DNA of 64,000 nucleotides from the NCBI GenBank assembly GCA_051546255.1, contig CP128817.1, forward strand, positions 434,001 to 498,000, read 5' to 3'. This DNA is from Meyerozyma guilliermondii. Taxonomy: Eukaryota. The translations under genes were made by a program, and so were the position numbers. Positions 48,927 through 58,500 of the stretch are shown here, piece after piece. The stretch's first letter is position 1, and each line of letters begins with the position of its first letter. Below the pieces are notes generated by a model. It was not told the DNA's origin and did no database searches. It saw only the letters and a program-made list of their open reading frames with translations.

Positions 48927-51005
48927 CTAAAAGTTGGTATTCATCATTCTCCTAACATCACTCTTACGGTTGTTAGGGATCAAGTCGTTTTCCGACTGGT
49001 TGAAACCACTTGGTATGTAGGGTGAATTGTTACCAGGAAGCGAACCAGCAGGACGGAAAGTCCTCTGTTTGGTAATCTCTGTCACTGGGTTCAACATTAC
49101 CACCGATGACCGCGACATTTGGGTAGCAGAGGGGATGACTCCTGGGTTTCCAAGACCTTCGTGATAGGTGGGCATCGAAGCTGTCAGCTGAGGTCCAAAC
49201 GTACCTATGGACTGTAACAGTGGCGACGAAGCCACCGGGCTGGACCACACTCCCTCATTTTCGATGGGCACAAATGGTTGTTTTGGAGAATTCACTGGAT
49301 TCTTGTTCTTCGGTTGGAAATCGGTATATGTCTGAATAGTAGACTTACGGATATCGGAAGGTGGGGGTAACTGTTGCAACTGTGGGAGTTCTGGAGGAGG
49401 ACCCTGATATTGTCCTCCGTATCCATATTCTTGTCCGTAGTAGTTGGGGTTATACTGACCCTGAGCATATTGCTGCTGTTGGTACATATATGACTGCTCA
49501 GCTGAAGAAATATCGGGGTTCTCATAAATCGAAGAAGTAGTCGTCAACCTCTTGTCATAATTTGTATCAGTGTGCAACTCGTTGTTGATCTTCAATCGGT
49601 CCATTTCTTCAGCATTGATCTGAGGAAGCGCTTGAGTCTGGTCATACTTGAATTCTCTGTTTTCTCCCTCACCCGTATGCTTAACAGAGTTTTCACGATC
49701 GAAATACACTTTATAGACCGACTTCATACGTTGCAACTCCTCTTCCTGCTCAGCTGATAGTACTTTTTCGTCCGCTCCCTCGTCATCACTATCGTTTTGG
49801 AGTAAATTGAAAGCAGAAATTCTAGGAGATTTGCTGCGAGCCGGTTTTTCTTCAACAGCAAGTCCCTTTTGCTCACCTGCCTTGAAGAAGTTCGTGCTCA
49901 ACTCTTCCTGGCGGTCAGATGGCTCTTCTCCGAGCAAAAAATTGCTCAGAGTCTCGGCAACCTGTGAGTCATTGAATGGAGAATGTTCAGTTTCCTCTTC
50001 ACGCTCAGTCATGCTAGGTGGCTCTATATTCTTGGCCTCTGGTTCTCGCTCCTTCAGTTCAGTTTCTGGGCTGTTTATAGTAAACTGAGGTACGGCGTGT
50101 TCCTTTTCATCCCATGTATAAGAGTGGTCGGTAGTAGTGTTGGAAGAAAAGCCCTGACCAGCATACTCCTTGCTTTGATTAGGAAAGCTAGCAGTAGACT
50201 CGTTTTCGTAATTGAGAGCGAATTTGTCCCCTCTAGTTCCTGTAGTCAAAGAGTCAGATCCAGATGTTTCCGAATCCGAGACCAGCTCCAATGAAGCAGC
50301 ATCAGATACAGCAGCTTCAGCACCACTTGGGACATTGGCATACGTTGTACCACCGACTTTTTTAGTTGGACTACGGCCCTGAGGAGCTCTGGCCTCTTTC
50401 AAATTAGATTTTTGAGGAGAGACACTATTAGAGTGGGGCATTTGAAAATTGCTGGCGTTAGTGAAACTAGAATTTCTTGTCCTAGTAATGATTCCCGACG
50501 CTCTCGGCGTGGTGTTGAGCTCACTCAATTGTCGAGCAAACATATCGAGTGATGCTTTGGAACCTGTATCGTGATGGTATGGCAACACTATGGCATCCAA
50601 GTATGGATCATTACTTTCACTCTTATTCAAAGAACTTGTAGACTTGTTATGAGCTCCCATGCTCTGTGGATACCTCAATGAGTTTCGGTTATGGAAGGGG
50701 TTCTCCATTTGATAGGTTTGTTGAGTATTTGGAAAATCGGGCAACGCGGTAGCCTCGCCAGTCTCGTCAAAATCGGGATCACGTTCCATAGCTTCTTTCT
50801 TGTTCCGACGCATAGTTCTGAACAAAATTACTCCCAACACACAAAGAATCACAAACACGGGAATACCCACTCCCAATCCGATGGTCAAAGAATCGTCGTT
50901 GTTGACGGGTTTTTCGCATTTGGCTGAGTTTTTATTGCTCCCACTGCATCCGTCGTCATCGGACTTACGGGGGAAAAGCAAAGGCCAGATGTTAGCAGGA
51001 TCCAT
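48927..51005 (-). CDS. SKG6: Single-pass polarity membrane protein of the Skg6/Tos2 family
   Basis: Cys pair plus CEKP, then TM TIGLGVGIPVFVILCVLGVILF, RRNKKEAME.DPDFD, EEELQRMKSVYKVYFDR and RPAGS; lies next to IMP3/MRPL6 as in S. cerevisiae. Confidence 0.8.
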   Translation of the reverse strand: MDPANIWPLLFPRKSDDDGCSGSNKNSAKCEKPVNNDDSLTIGLGVGIPVFVILCVLGVILFRTMRRNKKEAMERDPDFDETGEATALPDFPNTQQTYQMENPFHNRNSLRYPQSMGAHNKSTSSLNKSESNDPYLDAIVLPYHHDTGSKASLDMFARQLSELNTTPRASGIITRTRNSSFTNASNFQMPHSNSVSPQKSNLKEARAPQGRSPTKKVGGTTYANVPSGAEAAVSDAASLELVSDSETSGSDSLTTGTRGDKFALNYENESTASFPNQSKEYAGQGFSSNTTTDHSYTWDEKEHAVPQFTINSPETELKEREPEAKNIEPPSMTEREEETEHSPFNDSQVAETLSNFLLGEEPSDRQEELSTNFFKAGEQKGLAVEEKPARSKSPRISAFNLLQNDSDDEGADEKVLSAEQEEELQRMKSVYKVYFDRENSVKHTGEGENREFKYDQTQALPQINAEEMDRLKINNELHTDTNYDKRLTTTSSIYENPDISSAEQSYMYQQQQYAQGQYNPNYYGQEYGYGGQYQGPPPELPQLQQLPPPSDIRKSTIQTYTDFQPKNKNPVNSPKQPFVPIENEGVWSSPVASSPLLQSIGTFGPQLTASMPTYHEGLGNPGVIPSATQMSRSSVVMLNPVTEITKQRTFRPAGSLPGNNSPYIPSGFNQSENDLIPNNRKSDVRRMMNTNF

Positions 51006-51389
51006 TCTATAGTATCTGGTACGATGTTAAGCGAGTGTAGTAGCCAGAGCTGGAATCAAACGATGGTTATTACCCCTGTCCTATGGCTCGAGAAAAATCC
51101 GAAATTTATCAGAACTGACTGAAGCAACACAGGAAAGTGAGTTTTAGGTGGCTAAGGTGGGAAAGATACTGGTGCCTTTCGCCTTAGGAAAAGAATGACT
51201 GTTTGAGGGATATTTCGGTAAAAAAAAATTCCTGATCTGTTTTTGTTGAAAGAGTTGGAGCGCGATTGGAGTCGCGTTTTGTGTAATGGAAGTCGTTGTG
51301 TGCCGGAGGCTTGGCTGCGGCGTCGCTTGATATTGACAGATTTGGTATGTGAATAGTTTGCTCAATGTCGAGTTTCCTATAGAATCTAA

Positions 51390-53531
51390 TTACCATCCTT
51401 GAATCTGTTCAAAGAGTTCTATACGATGCTTGGACCCGGGAACTTGTTGTGAAATATACTTTCTGGTGTCGTCTACCATGGAGGTATGAGCACAAGTCAC
51501 GAAAGCAATAGGAGCGTCGGCATCTTTGATCTCCTGGTCGATCAAGGCTTCCAATTCCGGACGACCTTCTCTGAATTCTATAAAGGAAAGTTTGTCCTTC
51601 AAGCCCTGGACGTAATCTTGCGATTCTATTTCAAGGACATCTTCCTTGTTCTCCTCTCTCTTTTCGAGTTCTTCCTCCGAAACAGATTCCGAGTCTCTGA
51701 AGAACGGATCGATGAGTCCCACATCAGGCTGCGTGACATAGATCACAGGCTCAATGTTGACATTTTTCATCTTCAAGAGTTCTTCATAGAACCATTCAAT
51801 AGAACGGTAGTGACGGATAACCCAGTAAAATCTCACCCTGTGAGCATTATTTTCACGCTTGGCAATGTCCATTGCCTCGTAATACAACCCTGGAACACCA
51901 TTACCTCCAGCTAAAAACACAGTGTTATCAAATCTGTCAACTGCACTGCGCTGGCCATAGGGACCTTCAACGAGAGCCTTAACTTTAGCAGTTTGATTTG
52001 GTTGGTTGGATAAGAAACGGTACAAGCCATGTGTAATGCCTCCCTTAACCTTCAAGTAAAAGGTGATGGTATTGTTTTCGATGGCAGATTCAACAATGGT
52101 AAATGGGTGGGCTTGCCAAAAGTGGGTAGGTCTCAAAATATGAATAAAGGCATAGCATCCAGGGAAAGGTTTCCAGTAAGCCGGACGATGAATGGTGACC
52201 TTGATGGTTTCGTTGGCTCTCAACTGTAAGGTGGCTTCTTGGACACCAAAACTCAACAAGCGACCAATTCTCACCACTCTATCAAATACCCAGATGGCAG
52301 TGCACGCAATAAAGAATTGTTCAAGTTGGTCGTCAGCAACATGAATCCACCCGCCAACAATGAAGAATACAGCCAAGAGAATATGGGAAAGAACAAAGAG
52401 TTCGTAATGGTGTCTACGGAACCACAAAAGCGAGTGGAAGCACATAAGACACATAGCCACGAAACTCACGTAACCCCATCTGACATATGGCTGGGCATTT
52501 CTCGTCTCATACTTTCCCTTTCCAATACCTTTGGCATTGTATGTCATTCCAACAGCATGGAGCAACACCAACAAGGTGACACTTCTGGCAATCCATCTGT
52601 GGAAAATCATGAATCTTGAGTAAGACCATCCGGTCAACCATTGCAAAAAATTGTTCCGTCCGGCAAATAATACCAAGAGAGGCATCATATACATACTCAT
52701 GAACCCAGTTCTGTCTGCAATCTTGCGACCCATTTCTGCCAGCTTGGATTTTGGCCAATACAAGTTGGGACTTTGATGAGAGTAGACGGTAACATTGAAA
52801 CAAAGCAACATGATCCAGTAAGCAATAACCAAGATAGACTCGAGACGAGTGGGAACCAACCACTCAAATGCATACAAGAACGATTTGTGATGGGCGTGAG
52901 TCTTACGTCCAAAAGATGGAAGGGAAATGTAGGCCCTGAATGTCTTGGAGATGCGACCGTTAAGGGACTTGACAAAAGATGGGAACAAAAAATAGGTCAA
53001 GTTGCAAAGACCGGCAATGAGGAACACAAAAAACCAGTATCCGATCAATGCTACTCCGAACCATGTTCCATAGTTGTAATTTCCAAATCTTCCCCAAGCT
53101 GAATAGTAAGCAGATGCGATCTTCTTTGGCTTCAAAAGAGCAGGCTTGTAGTATAAAGCGGTTTCGCTGAAATCAGGATCAGTGATAGTGTTCGTGGCGT
53201 AAACCGAAGCGTTCTTAGCTGATTTGATGAGGTCAGAATGAGTCAAATCGAATCCGTAATCGTGACAGTAGTTGATGAAATAATCCAATGCCCCGCTTCG
53301 AGGACTTGTCATCAAACAGTAAGCCATTGTACCAAATGCTTGTTGACGATTATTGTCACAGTATCCAAAATCCTCTTCTTCTTCAGAAAAGTAGAGAGCT
53401 TGCTTGCCAATAAGCGTTGAACAAGCTAGGTATGCACACTCATCTCTGGAATAGATATGTAAACCACCCTCTGCCGCAACTGCAGTGAACAAGCTTAGCA
53501 AACTAAGTGCCAAATATCTTATCAATAGCAT
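51390..53531 (-). CDS. Cell-surface ferric/cupric reductase (FRE/CFL family)
   Basis: Signal peptide; ADRTG, GRNNFL...FHRWIAR; heme-ligand His residues in TMs; FAD HPFT; NADPH VEGPYG, LAGGNGVPG; terminal FEQIQGW. Confidence 0.93.
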   Translation of the reverse strand: MLLIRYLALSLLSLFTAVAAEGGLHIYSRDECAYLACSTLIGKQALYFSEEEEDFGYCDNNRQQAFGTMAYCLMTSPRSGALDYFINYCHDYGFDLTHSDLIKSAKNASVYATNTITDPDFSETALYYKPALLKPKKIASAYYSAWGRFGNYNYGTWFGVALIGYWFFVFLIAGLCNLTYFLFPSFVKSLNGRISKTFRAYISLPSFGRKTHAHHKSFLYAFEWLVPTRLESILVIAYWIMLLCFNVTVYSHQSPNLYWPKSKLAEMGRKIADRTGFMSMYMMPLLVLFAGRNNFLQWLTGWSYSRFMIFHRWIARSVTLLVLLHAVGMTYNAKGIGKGKYETRNAQPYVRWGYVSFVAMCLMCFHSLLWFRRHHYELFVLSHILLAVFFIVGGWIHVADDQLEQFFIACTAIWVFDRVVRIGRLLSFGVQEATLQLRANETIKVTIHRPAYWKPFPGCYAFIHILRPTHFWQAHPFTIVESAIENNTITFYLKVKGGITHGLYRFLSNQPNQTAKVKALVEGPYGQRSAVDRFDNTVFLAGGNGVPGLYYEAMDIAKRENNAHRVRFYWVIRHYRSIEWFYEELLKMKNVNIEPVIYVTQPDVGLIDPFFRDSESVSEEELEKREENKEDVLEIESQDYVQGLKDKLSFIEFREGRPELEALIDQEIKDADAPIAFVTCAHTSMVDDTRKYISQQVPGSKHRIELFEQIQGW

Positions 53532-53813
53532 AGTTTGTGAAAAGATTGGTGAGGCTGATGAAGCTTATAGAAATTTATTCGATGCCCTTATAGTTTCCCT
53601 ATGGCTCAACCCCTGATACTATCGTCGACAATTTATACCGCAAGAAAGAAAGAACGAAAATTTTTTGCCCGACAGAATAAGGTAATTACCGTATGCACTG
53701 ATTGGCTGTAGTTGGTAGAAGCACACATGGCTATTGCTCGAGTTGTTATCCGATATGCATGTCAATGCACGCGGGCCGCACACCATGCGTCAACCAGTGC
53801 AGAAACTGGAATA

Positions 53814-53822
53814 ATCAGATAA
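53814..53822 (+). promoter_or_regulatory. Iron-responsive GATA site ATCAGATAA in the ferric reductase promoter
   Basis: Exact match to the ATCWGATAA SreA/Fep1/Sfu1-type consensus; CCAAT (ATTGG) at 53701. Confidence 0.6.
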
Positions 53823-54176
53823 ATCAGGACTGCATCCAAACCATAAACAATGCGCTTGATGGGGCTCGCACGCCCGTAACAGTCACAATTCCTGCGTCTA
53901 ACCTTGCCCATGCATGTGTTGGTGCTGAATAGCCCGCATGCATAACAACTAGCCGGTAATCATTAATAAGCTCGGGTATATGTCCGTACGCCTCATGTGT
54001 GACAATCAGCGATTGCAGGATGAAGTGGGTTCTAGTCCAGGGCTTTTGACCGCTTATTGTAACCCCAATTCTTAATTTCGTGCCGAGATTATTTTGCGCG
54101 ATGGATCTGATTAAAAAAGATGTGTGAAACACGATCAGGGTCCGAAACCATCGTGAAAGCGAAAAATGTACTTCGG

Positions 54177-54680
54177 CTAATTCCAATCATGTGGTTGAGC
54201 CAGCTTCGCCTCCGCCGCGAGAATACACTCGATCGTTTCGTTGCCAATGTCCCAGTCATCGTCGTCGTCGTAATTCTGACTTGAATTTGGCGCTGTGTGG
54301 TTTTGAGCCCGCGCGCCGTCGGCCGCTTGCTCGCATTTTGACGTTTGCCAACTGGGTTGAAACGAGGGATCGGCCAGAGTTTCGTCCAATTCCAATGCTT
54401 CTAGTTCCAATTGTTGCATTTCTTCGAGGATTTGCTGCTCTTCCTCGAGAAGTGCATCCAAATCGTTTTCCCAATTGGCGTCACGTGCCGCGCGCTGGTG
54501 AATATCACCAGTAGCTTGAAGCTCAGCTTGCTTCTCTCGGACCAAATCTATGCGCGCCATTTGGGTGCGGTGTCGTGCTTCTTGAGCCTCTCGTCGCCCA
54601 CGCTTGCGGTGGTCGTTTTGGACGGGTCGACGATGGGTTGTGGCTCTTTGGTGAGCTATTTGGGACGGAGATGAGTTCAT
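54177..54680 (-). CDS. Hypothetical protein (167 aa): basic helix followed by an acidic coiled coil
   Basis: ATG at 54680; protein-like composition; divergent from NAT4. Confidence 0.65.
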   Translation of the reverse strand: MNSSPSQIAHQRATTHRRPVQNDHRKRGRREAQEARHRTQMARIDLVREKQAELQATGDIHQRAARDANWENDLDALLEEEQQILEEMQQLELEALELDETLADPSFQPSWQTSKCEQAADGARAQNHTAPNSSQNYDDDDDWDIGNETIECILAAEAKLAQPHDWN

Positions 54681-54879
54681 GGTAAAATTGCAATTGAGCT
54701 TGAACAACTTATTTGGTGACCAAGTGTGGGTGGCTGTGACTTGTGGCAATGTAGTATTTTGATAGTCACCTTATCTTGCGTTCTGATACCTTTTGGTGAA
54801 TATAGAGAGGAAGAATAGCGTTACCTATTTTATTTCGCGGTATTGCTCGCGCGTGAAATTATTGCATAATTATACCTTG

Positions 54880-55512
54880 ATGAGCATCGCATTGAATCAA
54901 GAATTGGACGAGGATAACCCTCAATTGGTTGCTGCTGCGGCCACTGCCTTGTCCTCTGTGTCATGCACTATCTTTCCTGATGTCTTGGAAGTTGGGGAAT
55001 TGTCGGCCAAAAGAATTTGTTCAGACTTTCGTACTGTAAAGATCCCAAATCTTCTTTCATTAATAGATACTAATTTGCGACAGCATTACATACGGACCCA
55101 AGGTCGACAATGGCACAAACAAAAGAAAGAGGAAATGGTCACACCAGGGCTCGTATATATACTGTATGTCTGCGATGATAAATTAGTAGCGTTTCTTTCC
55201 TATATGCTTACTCGTGGAGACGATGAACCGGTACTTTATCTATACGAAATCCACGTAGATCCCGCTTACCAGCACCTTCGGGTTGGGTCTCGTCTTCTTC
55301 TGGATTTCCACCGGTTGGCAGAAACTCTCAAATCTCCAGAAACACCTCCACTTTTACACTGCGAGGCTACCATGTTAACCGTGTTCACAGACAATACCCA
55401 CGCACTCCAATGGTACTTGAAACTCGGCTATATCCTCGCAGACGACTCGCCAACCGACCGCAAATTGAGGAATCATACCGTGGTTCCCGAGTACTATATA
55501 TTGAAACGATAA
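54880..55512 (+). CDS. NAT4: Histone H4/H2A N-alpha-acetyltransferase (Naa40/NatD)
   Basis: NLRQHY...W...KKEEM...LVY, VLYLYEIHV...LRVGSRLL, LTVF..N..AL.WY.KLGY and DSP. First ATG is at 54880. Confidence 0.88.
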   Translation: MSIALNQELDEDNPQLVAAAATALSSVSCTIFPDVLEVGELSAKRICSDFRTVKIPNLLSLIDTNLRQHYIRTQGRQWHKQKKEEMVTPGLVYILYVCDDKLVAFLSYMLTRGDDEPVLYLYEIHVDPAYQHLRVGSRLLLDFHRLAETLKSPETPPLLHCEATMLTVFTDNTHALQWYLKLGYILADDSPTDRKLRNHTVVPEYYILKR

Positions 55513-58500
55513 TCATTGCTCCATGACGTTCACGTAGCCACGGCGAGCTCCACGCTTGGGTTTCCGTCCTGCTGCTCCTGGTTGAGAGCTGAGCGACAAA
55601 AGGTCGTCCAAATTAGCATTTGCCAATTGTGGTTTCGTGCCTGCTCTAGGCGCTGGCGGTTTGGGTCCACTGCCAATCGGCTTTGGGGTGGGTCCACTCA
55701 GGTTGCCTGGTGGAAGCACTGGTCCCGTTTGAGGTGTGTGCTGTTGCGAGGGTGCTTCTCCGACACTTGGTACGTTACTAGGTTTAGCACTGGTCTTCAT
55801 TTTCGGTGGAGGTGGTGGTGCTGCCTTTTTGAGTTGCTGATCGCGAGGAATTGAAGGGTCGATCCATGCCTTCATCTCCTCATCATAAACTAGCTTCATA
55901 GGCTCTCCCATCTTGGCACGTATAGGCTTTGGCTTTCCGTCGTTCTTTCTCATTCCAAAAATGCTGAATAGCCCTGTTTGTCCCTTTGCATTGGCAGCTG
56001 ATTTGCTTCCATTCTGTGCTGGCTGGCTAGATTGCGATTTGGGTGCATCTTCTTCCTCGTCTTCTTCTTCCACTACAGGCACATAGTCTTGTACAGTATC
56101 ATCCGTCACCTCATACTGTTGATACATTGTCGACTGCTGTGACTGGGACAATCTAGACAGGAAAAATCCCCCATGGCCACCATAGACCAGATTTGCTCTT
56201 GTAGTTACTTCAGGCGATCCAGGAATTGGGAACTCGTCTCCCAAACCAAATTTACTATTTGGTCTTTCTGTTTGGTTGATTGCGCCTTGGTTGTGGTTGA
56301 GCATGAGCAGAGGCAGACTCATTTGTGTATCTTCCTGGTAACTGCTAGTAAAGCTGTCGTCTATATTTGAAGTCTTTTCTTCATGTACTTTTGGATTGAC
56401 GTTCTTGGGCTCTTCCAGTGCTCTATTACCATTGACCTCAGGAACGCTAGGCGCATTCGATCCTAATGCGCTGGGAGGACCATACCGATTTCTTCCACGA
56501 GGTTTATTCGTACGGGCTCCAGGGGCATAAGGATTGGCCTTTGGTGGTTGGGATGGCGATCTTGATACAGCTGGTGGTGGACCTCTTGATGGCAGTTGCG
56601 TTGGTGTCTGTGTAAGTTTGGGAGGTGGTGGTGGTGGCTGCTGTGATTGTTGAGAAGCTACCTCTGTTGAGTCCATGGTTGTACCAGATTGGTTAGCGTA
56701 GGGTAATGGAGAAGATTGGTCTTTCGAAGACTGAGCTTGAGTATTCTCGTTGCCGTTTCCGTTGGTAGGTATTTCGTTTAGTTGCTTTATATCTGCATTC
56801 TCTTCTGACTCCTGCTTCAGCTCTGCGATTCTTTCTCTAAAATCAACGGGATAATCCAAGCTGATGTCACTTTGAACCAGAGGAGATCTGTTGTGATCTC
56901 TAATGACCGAGTAATCATTGGACACAATGCTATTGAACGAGGGTTGCTTGGTGTGGCCCTGAGTAGCTGGTGGTGGATTTGGAACAGCGTGCGACCCGTA
57001 CAGGCCAATTGACAGACTGGAGGCTTCAGCAACTGGATTATTGTAAGAGAAAGCTGCTCCAACTTGAGCAGGTCTAGAGTACTTGGAAGGTGGTTTTCGT
57101 GATTGAATGGCTTCTTCAGGGTTCCCCAAATTCAGCAGCGAAGCGTTTGATGGCGCATAGCGCAGTCCGCTGTGTGGGGCCATGTCGTGACTTCTAGTTG
57201 GTTGCTGTGGAGATTGCTGTGGACGACTATTCTTGGCTGGCGGAGCATAACGAGGTACGGAAGTCAAAGGGTTGCTCGTTTGAGATGAGCTCACTCCCAG
57301 TAGCGATGTGACAGGTGCCACAGAAGAGGGTGTTCTTCCATATTGTTCACCAGGGGTTATGGGAGCAGACATGGAGCTGACCATACTGTGAAATTCTGGG
57401 CGATCCAACGCATGTATGTCAGTTGTTGAAGCATTTCTCGAAACTGAAGGACTAAACTTGGAAAACAACCCAGTTTCTCCCTTCTTTTCAGTGTTTTCGT
57501 CACCGCTGATCAACTTATCGAGTTGACCCCACATCTTATTGATCTTTCCAATACCCCCATACCAACTTTGATCGTTTGCTCCGGTGTCAGAAACCCGTAC
57601 CAAAAGTCTTTGGAATTCGTGAATTATTGCCGGCGGCACCTGTTGCTTGGTTGTTTTCAAAGATGCACCGATTTGATCGCAGTACCGTTGACTATCAACA
57701 TTGAGCCCATAATCTGCTAAAAGCTGGGCATGATGGAGTTTGACCAGAAGTGTTGGCAACAAAGTGTTTGCAGTTGCTGCTGAACGTTGGCTGAGAGCAT
57801 ACTCGTAAATCTCAGTATAGAAAAGTCCCATTTGGCTGTCTCCTCCAACAACTGAAAATGAAGGGGAAAGAGGTGCCCCAGTCAAAATAAAACAAACGTC
57901 TCGCCCTATAAAGTTGCCGTGCGATGCTAAGAGTTGACCAAATTCATTGAGAAATTCGTTCACCTTTCCATTTTGTATGGCATTTGCAGCTATCAGAGTC
58001 ACCACGTCCCTCCAATGCAACAATACCCATTCGAGTTCAGTCGCAACGTTTTGGAAATCCTCAATAATGCTTTTCACATTTCCAGAGAAAACCTTCAAAA
58101 TAATAGGCATAAGGTGATTCAACTTGCTTTGAGATTTTTGGAATGGATACGAGGTACGAGCAAAGTCGCTAGCGGTTTTTCCGAATGCCTGGGGTCCCAT
58201 GCTATGACTAATGATCAAAGCTAACGCCCAATCTCCCGCTGCCACACAGAGCTCTAGCGCACGATCAGTCTGGCCCGCCTGGCAATAAGTGAGTAATTGA
58301 TTCAGACCACTGTTGTCGAGCTTGTATGCCGTTGCAGAATGATTCGAGCCTTGTGGTGTTGCCATCGCCTCCACTTGTGAATAATGGTGTGGGTTTAAGA
58401 CGGAGCACGCAGTAGAGATGAATTCTTGCGACCTAACGTCTCCATTCGAGGCCACCAAAGCTGCTAGGATTTCACCGACCTCATCGCTAAGCTTCGCTTC

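Noticed and set aside
19923..54879. N-terminal extensions from TTG/GTG starts in the ORF track (IML2, GMH1, HEL1, SET3, NTH1, MRPL9, NAT4 and the 54-kb orphan)
   Set aside because: Artefacts of prokaryote-style start calling; first in-frame ATGs were used instead. Non-AUG extensions cannot be shown without ribosome profiling.
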